Of a stretch of DNA of 64,000 nucleotides, positions 39,234 to 47,836 are shown piece after piece (positions within the stretch are counted from its first letter, which is position 1; the number at the start of each line of letters is the position of its first letter). Below the pieces are notes generated by a model. It saw nothing but the letters and a program-made list of their open reading frames with translations, ran no database searches and was not told where the DNA came from. Source of the stretch: an uncultured Fibrobacterota bacterium (GTDB lineage Bacteria; Fibrobacterota; Chitinivibrionia; Chitinivibrionales; FEN-1185). The stretch lies in assembly GCA_963729895.1 (NCBI GenBank), contig CAVSQB010000016.1, positions 32,001 to 96,000 of the forward strand, given 5' to 3'. Made by a program: the position numbers and the translations under genes.

Positions 39234-40241
39234 ATGCGGCTCGCTTATGCGGTATGTATCTGTGTGCTCCCGTGTGTGCCCGTTTGCGCCTCAAGTAACC
39301 GTGCGGCGTCACCTCTGCACCCCTTTCGTCCGAACGTCCTTTCGAGCAAATGGTATAGCGAAGTTTATACCGTGACCGGGCTTTATGATGACCGGACTTT
39401 CATTCAGACGCAAATGATGGTCACCAACATAGGGCTCGGAGACAGCAATGCCGCTTGTGAAATGCTTGTTTTGCATTGTGGAGAGAAACCGGACAAGACG
39501 AGCAGGCGGTTCAACAAGACTTCCTGGAAGTATTCGGACAAGCCGAATCCCACCTTGTCGATCGGTTCGTGCCGTCTGATGCAAGACGGAGAATCGACCA
39601 CATGCGTGTTGTCGCTTGACAGTACCGTTGCATCAATTTCACTCGACCGGCCGCCGGGGTCCCTCCAATCACCGGACACCATCTTGACCGGCGGCGCACC
39701 CATGAAGTTTTACACCTACGAAGTGCTCGTTCCCTGGACCAGGACCCTGACCACACTTCGCCTGCCGGGGCATCCCGAAAAGCAATTGCAGGGATTCGCC
39801 ATGATGGAACATTCACGCTCCGTGGGGTTCCCAAAAGACTTTTCGCGAGGCTGGATTTCGTTTTACGGCAGCGGGGCAGGAAGCCAGTTCCTGGCCATCT
39901 TCCATTTTCCGGCATTCAAAGCATCCGGTGCCGTCGGGTGGACATGGGACAGCAGGGAGGAGGCGCCGAAACCAATGACAGGCCTGCGGACGGTGATGAA
40001 AACAACCGGTACGTGCGGCATTTTGCCCAGTGTTGCCTCCCTCCAGGAGCCTTCGTTCATCATTGACGGACAGCAGAGTCTGTACAGGTTTTCGCTGATC
40101 GACGAGCTCGGCCCGATACTCGGAAACATCGTCAGGCTTATTGTGGGAAATCCCGTAACTCGTTTTTATCGCGCGCAAGCACGGGTGGCTCCGGACCAGC
40201 CGGTTATCATGGGAGTTTTGGAAATAATGAATTTGGAATAG
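39234..40241 (+). CDS. Exported beta-rich protein, possibly Svf1/lipocalin-like (paralog of 62807-63826)
   Basis: Signal peptide; YSEVYT..DDRTFIQTQMMVTNIG; C-terminal LIDELG..VRLIVGNP...GVLE. Confidence 0.6.
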   Translation: MRLAYAVCICVLPCVPVCASSNRAASPLHPFRPNVLSSKWYSEVYTVTGLYDDRTFIQTQMMVTNIGLGDSNAACEMLVLHCGEKPDKTSRRFNKTSWKYSDKPNPTLSIGSCRLMQDGESTTCVLSLDSTVASISLDRPPGSLQSPDTILTGGAPMKFYTYEVLVPWTRTLTTLRLPGHPEKQLQGFAMMEHSRSVGFPKDFSRGWISFYGSGAGSQFLAIFHFPAFKASGAVGWTWDSREEAPKPMTGLRTVMKTTGTCGILPSVASLQEPSFIIDGQQSLYRFSLIDELGPILGNIVRLIVGNPVTRFYRAQARVAPDQPVIMGVLEIMNLE

Positions 40242-40311
40242 CGGCCCGTACCAAAGATGAGGCGGGCCGATACTGCCGCCTCCAACGCCGAACCGGCACA
40301 CACAGGATAGT

Positions 40312-42822
40312 ATGGAATCGTATGCCATAGCAGGCATTGTTATTATCGCCTTGTCCGCCTTTTTCAACTGCCTGTTCGCGCTGATGATTTTTCTTCACCG
40401 GCGCAGGACCCCTCGTTTCAGCGCCACGCCGCCCCGATTCCCCACGGTGAGCATATTGTTGACGATGCGCAACATGGATGACGGCCTCGAAGAAAACATT
40501 GCTTCGGTGTTGTCGTCCGCATATCCCGACTTCAATGTCTTTGTTGCCGTTGACAGTCTGGAAGATTTGTGCGTTCCGGTTTTGGAGCGGGCGATTGCAC
40601 GGTTTCCCGGTGTCCGTTCCACGGTAGTCGCGACCGGACATTTGGGGTCCGGCAATCCAAAGATCAACAAACTCGCACGACTCGAAGCAATGAGCGACGC
40701 TTCGCTTTTCTGGGTGCTTGATTCTGACACGCGCGTATTTCCCGATACGCTTTCCGCGCTTGTCGCTCAACACATCGGGTCCGGAGCGCACATCGTATTC
40801 AGCCCCGTACGGTGCAGCGGCGCCCGGACGTTCGGAAGCGTTCTGGAAATGAGCTATGTCAATTTCTTCCTGTCCGGCAGCATGCTTGCCGCATGGAAAT
40901 TATTTCGCGCGAGAGTCGTCGTCGGAAAATCGCTCCTTGTGGATGCGCGCGCATTGCGGCACTTCGGCGGATTTGCCTATTTCGCCGATGTCCTTTCGGA
41001 AGACCACTGGCTCGGGGAAGCCTTTCATCAAAGCGGCTTTGTCGTTCAATGCAATTATACCTGGGTCAACAACATCAAGGAGACGACAACCGTCAAGAAT
41101 TTTTATCGAAGGATACGCCGGTGGGCCACGCTCCGCTTTTGCCTCACAACGCCGGTGTACCTGCTGGAGATCCTGTTCAATCCAATCGGATTGTCGCTGC
41201 TGTTCATGCCTGTCTTGAAGTCATTATTTCTTCCGCTGTTCGCAGCGCTCGTGTTTCTGCGGCTGACCCTGGAATATCTGGTCTTCTTTGCCGTGAATGA
41301 GAATGACCGCCGGAGTTTGAAAGTTATTTTCGGACTTGCGCCCGCGGTACTCATAAAAGATTTGATCATGCTGTGGGTCTACTTTATCCCCTTTTTCAGT
41401 CGGCAGGTGCTGTGGCGGGGCAGCAGGATCAAAATAGCGAAAGATACCCGGATAATCGTCAAAAATGCTAGTCCGGCGGGTCGGTTAACATCTGATAAGA
41501 AAACAACCATTGTCACGGTACTCATGGGGCTTGGACATCTGAGGGCCGCTTACCCGTTACTTTGTCTAAAACTGGGAAAAATGTTGCCCTGTGGCTCAAA
41601 AGACTCCACGTCGCCGGCGGAGTACAGAATCTGGCGCAGCGTTCGCAGATCATATTATTTCATTTCACGCTCCGAAGATGTGCCGGCTCTCGGAAGCCTG
41701 CTGACGCGCGCGCTGGCATGGGTGGAGAAAATCGACCCCGATTACCGTCTTCGCGATCTGTCAAAGCCAACCTTTCTGGTCCGATTTCTGGACTACCTTA
41801 TCACCCATCGGGGCGTGTGCAGCGACCTTACGGAAAAACTGAAAAATGTGGACGGCCCGATCATACATACCTACTTCGCAACCGCGATCGCCGCGGACAA
41901 GGCGTTCGGCGCAGACGCAAAGAAGGAGAATTACCTGGTGCTCTGCGACAGCGATTTCAACCGCGTGTGGGTGCCCAAAGATCCTCATCGCAGCAATTTG
42001 CGTTATTGCGTACCCTGTTCCCAGGCCAAGCGCCGGCTGATTGCCTACGGAGTTGCGGAAGAAAAAATATACACGACCGGATTTCCGCTTCCGCCGGAAA
42101 ATACGGGCTGCGATGAGGACCTTGACACATTGAAAAGCGACGTGTTCGAACGGTTGCAGCGGTTGGACCCGGAACACCGCTTTTTTCAGGCCCATGACAC
42201 GGAGGTAGTGCAGGCGCTCCATCGCACACCCGCCTTGCCGAATGGAAAGACCGAACCGTTCACCATTACCTTCGCCGTCGGCGGAGCAGGGGCACAGGTC
42301 AAGCTGGCATGCAACATTGTAACCTGCCTTGGCGACTCCATCCGAAAAGGAATGATCAGAGTCATACTTTCGGCCGGAATTCAGAAAAGGAGCCTGGTAA
42401 CAATACTAAAGCATGTAAACCAATGCGGGTTGTATGGTGAACTCGGCAGGAACGTCCAGGTAATCTTCGACTCGGACCCTTTCCGGTATTTTGATGCATT
42501 CAACCTTTGCCTGCGAAGAACGGATGTCCTGTGGACAAAACCAAGCGAACTTGTTTTTTATGCCGGCCTCGGCATTCCCATCCTGATGGCGCCGGCAATA
42601 GGCTCGCATGAGGAATTGAACGCAACCTGGCTGCACAACATCCGTGCCGGCATAGAACCGCCCGGTCCGGTTGAATCCTGCAACGAATGGCTCTTTGATT
42701 TGCGCGACAGCGGCAGGTTTGCCGAGGCCGCATGGAACGGATTTCTCAAAGCGCGCAAACGGGGAGCCTTCAGAATCAAGAGGCTTGTCCAAGGCGAACC
42801 GGCCGGAGAAGGTGGTCCTTGA
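40312..42822 (+). CDS. Ceramide-glucosyltransferase-like (GT21/HpnI) + GT-B (MGDG synthase/UgtP-like) fusion
   Basis: N-half NPKINKL, DSD, EDHWLG, RIRRW, TM helices; C-half MGLGHLRAA and WTKPSEL..GLGIP. Confidence 0.75.
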   Translation: MESYAIAGIVIIALSAFFNCLFALMIFLHRRRTPRFSATPPRFPTVSILLTMRNMDDGLEENIASVLSSAYPDFNVFVAVDSLEDLCVPVLERAIARFPGVRSTVVATGHLGSGNPKINKLARLEAMSDASLFWVLDSDTRVFPDTLSALVAQHIGSGAHIVFSPVRCSGARTFGSVLEMSYVNFFLSGSMLAAWKLFRARVVVGKSLLVDARALRHFGGFAYFADVLSEDHWLGEAFHQSGFVVQCNYTWVNNIKETTTVKNFYRRIRRWATLRFCLTTPVYLLEILFNPIGLSLLFMPVLKSLFLPLFAALVFLRLTLEYLVFFAVNENDRRSLKVIFGLAPAVLIKDLIMLWVYFIPFFSRQVLWRGSRIKIAKDTRIIVKNASPAGRLTSDKKTTIVTVLMGLGHLRAAYPLLCLKLGKMLPCGSKDSTSPAEYRIWRSVRRSYYFISRSEDVPALGSLLTRALAWVEKIDPDYRLRDLSKPTFLVRFLDYLITHRGVCSDLTEKLKNVDGPIIHTYFATAIAADKAFGADAKKENYLVLCDSDFNRVWVPKDPHRSNLRYCVPCSQAKRRLIAYGVAEEKIYTTGFPLPPENTGCDEDLDTLKSDVFERLQRLDPEHRFFQAHDTEVVQALHRTPALPNGKTEPFTITFAVGGAGAQVKLACNIVTCLGDSIRKGMIRVILSAGIQKRSLVTILKHVNQCGLYGELGRNVQVIFDSDPFRYFDAFNLCLRRTDVLWTKPSELVFYAGLGIPILMAPAIGSHEELNATWLHNIRAGIEPPGPVESCNEWLFDLRDSGRFAEAAWNGFLKARKRGAFRIKRLVQGEPAGEGGP

Positions 42823-42962
42823 TGAGAACGATGGCTTCCCCCTTGCCAACGATGTCCACGGATGTGGTTCCGCAGTACCGGTCCTCTCCGAAAACTATTG
42901 CTGCCCTCATACGTTTATAACATGCGAATGCGATGTTATAGGATGAACAAGGAGCGTAACGT

Positions 42963-43784
42963 ATGAAACTGCTCGTGATTTCGGACCTGCATATCGCCGA
43001 CAACGAGCATCTGGGCACCTTCGGATGGAACCGTGAAGACTTTATCGGGAAAATAGAAGCGGTCCGGCGGGGATATGCCATCGACAGGGTCATCCTGAAT
43101 GGTGATACGTTTGATCTTTATAAAAGCAACTATCACGACATCGAATCCGGCAATAGAGAGATCATCGATTACCTGAGGCGAATCGGCTCGGTCTTTATCA
43201 AAGGGAACCACGACTTCGCGCTCGGATACGGGCAGAACCATTTCGGAACAATCAACAGCAAGGGAGAAAGAATTTACATCGAACACGGGCATCGGGCGGA
43301 TTTTATCAGCGGAACGCCGCTCGGACGATGCATGGGAAATTTCTTTTACAAAGTATTAAAGCTCCTTGCCAGGCTGTCGATCACCCGTATGCTCTATTTT
43401 GAGTACCTGGAGCATGACGAGGGGTTCAAGGGACACGGAAAATACAATTCGTACAAATATCTCCGGTATGCGGTGAAACTGCTCAGGAAATACGACATGG
43501 TCGTTCTGGGCCACACCCACAAAATTGAATTCCACAACACCTATTGGCTCAACAACAGGAAGCGGTACATCAACAGCGGTTCATGTTCTTTCGGCAGGTT
43601 CCAGGGCATTGTCATAGACACAGAGACGCTCCATCACTCGACGATCCGCATGGATCCTCCCCGGCCGCCCTTCGCTGTTCCCGCGGCTGCACTGCCCAAG
43701 GCGCCCCGGAAGAAACTGCGCTCCTTTGTCAACGACGGGGCGCTGGTTCCCGCCGCCGTTCCCTGTTCGATCCCTTGCCGGTAA
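42963..43784 (+). CDS. Cytoplasmic metallophosphoesterase, LpxH/PlcP-like
   Basis: ISDLH, NGDTFD, GNHD, EHGH, LGHTH, YINSGS; no signal peptide. Confidence 0.8.
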   Translation: MKLLVISDLHIADNEHLGTFGWNREDFIGKIEAVRRGYAIDRVILNGDTFDLYKSNYHDIESGNREIIDYLRRIGSVFIKGNHDFALGYGQNHFGTINSKGERIYIEHGHRADFISGTPLGRCMGNFFYKVLKLLARLSITRMLYFEYLEHDEGFKGHGKYNSYKYLRYAVKLLRKYDMVVLGHTHKIEFHNTYWLNNRKRYINSGSCSFGRFQGIVIDTETLHHSTIRMDPPRPPFAVPAAALPKAPRKKLRSFVNDGALVPAAVPCSIPCR

Positions 43785-43874
43785 GATAGGCCGCCCAAGT
43801 TTTTGAGGGTTGCCGGCGCAAATCTCCCGACTTCCGGCAAGGGCGGCCTGCCGCGCCACGCCGTTGCAATTGTG

Positions 43875-43928
43875 CTAACCAATTCCAAACAAAACTCTCA
43901 GCAAAACGTCATGAATTCCAAGTATTTT
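43875..43928 (+). promoter_or_regulatory. Pho-box-like array plus -10 for the DUF2934 gene
   Basis: CTAAC/CAAAC/CTCAG/GTCAT at 43875, 43886, 43897, 43908; 10 bp; TATTTT. Confidence 0.6.
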
Positions 43929-44018
43929 ATGTACGGTGCGAGGATAAACGGAAGGTCAAAATGTGAAATGTTCAAATCAATTTCTGCTTTAAACAATACT
44001 TCACAAAGGCGGTAAGGT

Positions 44019-44225
44019 ATGGCAACAAAGCAAAGAACCGGCGTCAAAACGGCTGCACCGCAAAAAACGGGTCTTTCCGTTGATCTTGACCAGTTCAAGG
44101 CGGAGATCGAGAAGCGGGCCAGGGAAATCTTTCTCAAGCGCCAGAAATCGCTGGCGCCGGGAGACGCGCTTTCCGACTGGCTTGTGGCGGAAAAAGAAAT
44201 CAAGTCAAAGCATCTCATTTCCTGA
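44019..44225 (+). CDS. DUF2934 family small protein
   Basis: IEKRAREIF...G.ALSDWLVAEKEI. Confidence 0.8.
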   Translation: MATKQRTGVKTAAPQKTGLSVDLDQFKAEIEKRAREIFLKRQKSLAPGDALSDWLVAEKEIKSKHLIS

Positions 44226-44438
44226 TACCAGCCATAACCAAACTATTGTTCCGGCGGTTTAATTTGGTTGATTCCGCGGTTTATTGACTTTAGGCGCGGA
44301 AAATCTTCGCTTTCGCCTGTTTCCACCCTTGACAGAAGGGTTGCGTTACGGCTATGGTTGTGACGCCGGACACCGGTCGGCGGATTTGATTGCCTTGCAA
44401 GACACCTTATCCTTCCATTCCCAGAAAGGAAAAGAACC

Positions 44439-45059
44439 ATGGACGACAAGAACGCCCCTGTCTTGTTCCCCTGTGCAAAGCTCTCGATTGCCTATTCCCC
44501 CGCGTCGGACCGTTTGACCGCCTTCTTCAGAATATTCTGCTCCATCCCGGTCGTTATCGTGCTTGTCCTGCTGTCCGGATTTCAATCAAAGGACGTCCAT
44601 TGGGTCGCTCCGGGCATTCTGTTTCTGCCGACCGTCCTTGTCATTCTCTTCAGGAAGAAGTATCCGCGATGGTGGTTTGACTGGAACTGTGCCTTGACGA
44701 AATTCTCTTTGAGGGTGATGGCCTTTATCCTGTTGTTGCGCGATGACTATCCTGCTCTTGAAGAAGAACAATCAGTGCGCGTGGAATTGAGGTACCCCGA
44801 TGCTTCAAGAGACTTGTCCAGAGGAATGCCTTTAGTGAAGTGGTTCCTCGCGATCCCTCATTTTGTCATCCTGGCGTTTCTGGCTGCGGCTGTTGTCGTT
44901 TTGACTGTTGTTGCATGGTTTGCCATCCTCTTTACCGGCAGGTACCCTGCCTCAATCCATGCATTCGCGGTCGGCGTTACACGGTGGGGTTTACGGGTAA
45001 ACGCGTATGCTTTCCTGCTTATTACGGACGAGTATCCGCCGTTCAGGTTGTCCGAATAA
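44439..45059 (+). CDS. DUF4389 family membrane protein
   Basis: Duplicated ILF..KYP..F...R..A...L..DEYPPF unit. Confidence 0.88.
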   Translation: MDDKNAPVLFPCAKLSIAYSPASDRLTAFFRIFCSIPVVIVLVLLSGFQSKDVHWVAPGILFLPTVLVILFRKKYPRWWFDWNCALTKFSLRVMAFILLLRDDYPALEEEQSVRVELRYPDASRDLSRGMPLVKWFLAIPHFVILAFLAAAVVVLTVVAWFAILFTGRYPASIHAFAVGVTRWGLRVNAYAFLLITDEYPPFRLSE

Positions 45060-45134
45060 AGCGCGGATGGATATGAGATCACCGCGGATTGCCGCACCAC
45101 CAAGCCGGTCTGATGCGAGTAAGAGACAACTACC

Positions 45135-45740
45135 ATGACGAACATCGGAAGTATTCGCGTTGGCGCCCTTTTGACGCTACTGCTCGTATCATCGGCAACT
45201 CTTGCCGGGGGATCACGACAAGTTCTGTTTGTGATCGACATGCAGACCAACCTTCTCAGCCCCGGCAAAGGCGGGCTGCATGTGGATCTCTTTCTTGCGG
45301 AACCGGTAATCACACATGTCAACAGCGCCGTTCACGCCGCCGACTCCCTCGGCATTCCGGTCTTGTATATCCGGAACGTGTGGACGAACCCCCTTGTAAA
45401 TTTCTTTACACATGACGTTTGCAAGAAAGGGACCGCTGGAACGGAACTGGACAAGAGGGTAGACATCGTGGATTCGCTGTTCTTTGAGAAATCCTCGGGA
45501 AATTCGTTCGGCAATGCGCAATTGTCGGATTACGTAAAGCGACATGAGGTCACAACGATCTACGTAACCGGGATCATGGCCGAGGGGTGCGTCGGCGCCA
45601 CCGCAGTCGAAGGTCTCAGGAGAGGCTTGGATGTCAGGCTCGTTGTACCGGCAGTCGGTTCATCCTCGCGGTCAAAACTCGAAGCGTCCCTGCGCAAGCT
45701 GAAGCATAAAGGTGCGATTGCGGTGCAGCAGGTTAAGTAG
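45135..45740 (+). CDS. Isochorismatase-family cysteine hydrolase, probably exported
   Basis: VIDMQ, FEK, TGIMAEGCVGATA; N-terminal signal-like segment. Confidence 0.85.
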   Translation: MTNIGSIRVGALLTLLLVSSATLAGGSRQVLFVIDMQTNLLSPGKGGLHVDLFLAEPVITHVNSAVHAADSLGIPVLYIRNVWTNPLVNFFTHDVCKKGTAGTELDKRVDIVDSLFFEKSSGNSFGNAQLSDYVKRHEVTTIYVTGIMAEGCVGATAVEGLRRGLDVRLVVPAVGSSSRSKLEASLRKLKHKGAIAVQQVK

Positions 45741-46009
45741 ATCTTCGTTTATATTTCGGGGCGAACCTGGTCTTTGAATTTTTGCCGATGCACTTGCCTA
45801 CTATTCTTTTTGCCAATGCTCAAATCGCTTGATGGCATAAGAATTGCCTCATCCCAGAAACCCAGGCGTTGAAGACAGAGGTGAATCCTGCAGCGGCCGC
45901 CCGCGCGCGACCGAAAATCCGAACAGCACAAGAGGAAGCGGCGGCGGAAGATGGTTTGAACCAAGGTTCGGCAATGATCGAAACAGGATCGCCGGGCCAG
46001 CAGATGCGA

Positions 46010-46780
46010 TCACAACACCTTCCGATAGGCCAGGTACCCGGTGAACGTGGTGCTGCCCACTCCCAGGTCCCGGCCCGCGGAAAAAACCAAGCCATCATTT
46101 TTTGTCAAGTGCCACAGGAACGCAAGGTTGGCGCCCAGACCGTTTACGTCGTCGGTTTGAGCCGCGGAGTGAAAAAACAACTCGCCTCCCACGCTGAAGG
46201 CATCTCCCAGGTCCCGCTGCAACGCGCCGCCGGCAAAGACCCAGTCCCTGTTTCCGGGTCCCCGATTGATCCAATACCCGCCGCCTCCGAATGCACACCA
46301 CGGGCCCCAGGACTTCTGCAGCCACAACGGCAGAAACGCCTGTACGTAACCGGCGCCCAATCCACGCTTTTGGTCTCCAACGGGCAAGACCGCCTGTGGA
46401 TAAAATGCCGCTTGGGGACATGAGCCGCTCTCCTTTAGAAAGCGGTATTTCGCGCCGAGCTCAATATCTCCCAGGCCATAATTGGCGGAATACGCTTGCA
46501 CCCCGCGCGGTGACGCGCTGTAGGACATTTGCGGAGAAAGACTCAGTTGCAGGTTATCCAGTGCGCCGTAGTTCACCTCCAGTTGCGGGCAACCGCCGAC
46601 AACGCCGGTTGCCTCGGCAGATGCATACGCCGCAAAAAACAATTCCCACTGGCCCGGTTCCGGCGGTTCGGGATCGTCGGTCTGATACGGCGGACCGGCG
46701 TCAATGTTGACCGCTACGACTGCCAGAGCGAAGAACAGAGCAGGGTGTTTGCAGGGCCTCACGAAAAAACTTTTGCCCAT
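46010..46780 (-). CDS. Outer-membrane beta-barrel 'transporter' family protein
   Basis: GPPYQTDDP, EVNYG, GLGDIELGAKYRF, LPLWLQKSWG. Confidence 0.7.
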   Translation of the reverse strand: MGKSFFVRPCKHPALFFALAVVAVNIDAGPPYQTDDPEPPEPGQWELFFAAYASAEATGVVGGCPQLEVNYGALDNLQLSLSPQMSYSASPRGVQAYSANYGLGDIELGAKYRFLKESGSCPQAAFYPQAVLPVGDQKRGLGAGYVQAFLPLWLQKSWGPWCAFGGGGYWINRGPGNRDWVFAGGALQRDLGDAFSVGGELFFHSAAQTDDVNGLGANLAFLWHLTKNDGLVFSAGRDLGVGSTTFTGYLAYRKVL

Positions 46781-46814
46781 TCCAAATCCCGGTCCAGAAT
46801 TGCCCCACGTAAGG

Positions 46815-47798
46815 TTATTTCGGTATCTCTGCAGTATACACTTCCGCTCCGGCCGTATCGACCATCGTGACCTTCATCTTCGCGGGCGTCAACAGAACCT
46901 TCGTGTACCCAGGAACCGACTTCGCGAACACTGTCTCCGGTAGCGGATCGAGCATGGGACGCACTTCCACGGTTCCGCACACAAAATAGTTCACATGGCC
47001 GGCCTTCGTCTTAAGGTGTTCGAAATCGTGGTCGTGACCGCAGAAATACGCGTCGACGCCCTTGCGCTCAAAAAGGCCCGCAAACATCGATTGCATGTCG
47101 CCGGTCTCCTTGCCGTGCGCGCTCCCGCTGGAGTAGACCGGGTGGTGCCCGAACACCAGCTTCCACCGCGATTTGCTGTTGGTCAAGCAACTGTCGATCC
47201 AGCGCATCTGCCTCGCCGCGTCCTGGCCGTCAATCTTCACATCGGCCTCCTTCGGCCCGCGGTACGACGATTGAAGCGGCGACGTATCGATGATGTAGAG
47301 ATCGGCGGCCGTGCTGTCATCGATTTTCTTGTGCACGGCAAAATACCGGGCAGGCATGTTCCAGCGCCGGCTCACCTTGGTGTAATCCACTTCCGCCTGC
47401 GGATTGCCGTGGTAATCGTGGTTTCCCAACGCCACATACCAATCGCATTCGAGCGCAGGATCGTTGAACACGTTTTCGAAATTCAGCATCCACAAGGGAT
47501 CCTGCACGCTTCGCACGCCGTTGACCTGGAAATTGTCTCCCACCGAGATTATAAATTTTCCCACGCCTTTCTCCGCCATGATTTTCGCCACCTCGGTCTG
47601 GTTCTTCTTCCCGTTCCATCCCCAGTCGCCAAGGACCGAAAACCGCAGTCCTTTTTCCTTATCGCCGCTATCTCCCTTTTTGGAAACTGTCTGCGCGGCT
47701 GATTTCGTCAGGTCGGTTTTTGTGCAGGCCGGCCCGGCGAGAATTGCGCAGCCGGCAATTGCCAGTGCAAAGGACCGGGTAATTTTGAAATGTGACAT
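46815..47798 (-). CDS. TRAP-type acid phosphatase family protein, likely lipoprotein
   Basis: GDWG, GDNFQ, GNHDY, GHHP, GHDH; signal peptide ending GPAC. Confidence 0.88.
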   Translation of the reverse strand: MSHFKITRSFALAIAGCAILAGPACTKTDLTKSAAQTVSKKGDSGDKEKGLRFSVLGDWGWNGKKNQTEVAKIMAEKGVGKFIISVGDNFQVNGVRSVQDPLWMLNFENVFNDPALECDWYVALGNHDYHGNPQAEVDYTKVSRRWNMPARYFAVHKKIDDSTAADLYIIDTSPLQSSYRGPKEADVKIDGQDAARQMRWIDSCLTNSKSRWKLVFGHHPVYSSGSAHGKETGDMQSMFAGLFERKGVDAYFCGHDHDFEHLKTKAGHVNYFVCGTVEVRPMLDPLPETVFAKSVPGYTKVLLTPAKMKVTMVDTAGAEVYTAEIPK

Positions 47799-47836
47799 CG
47801 GGAGCTCCTTTAAAAAGGTGAAAACGTTCAGGCCGA

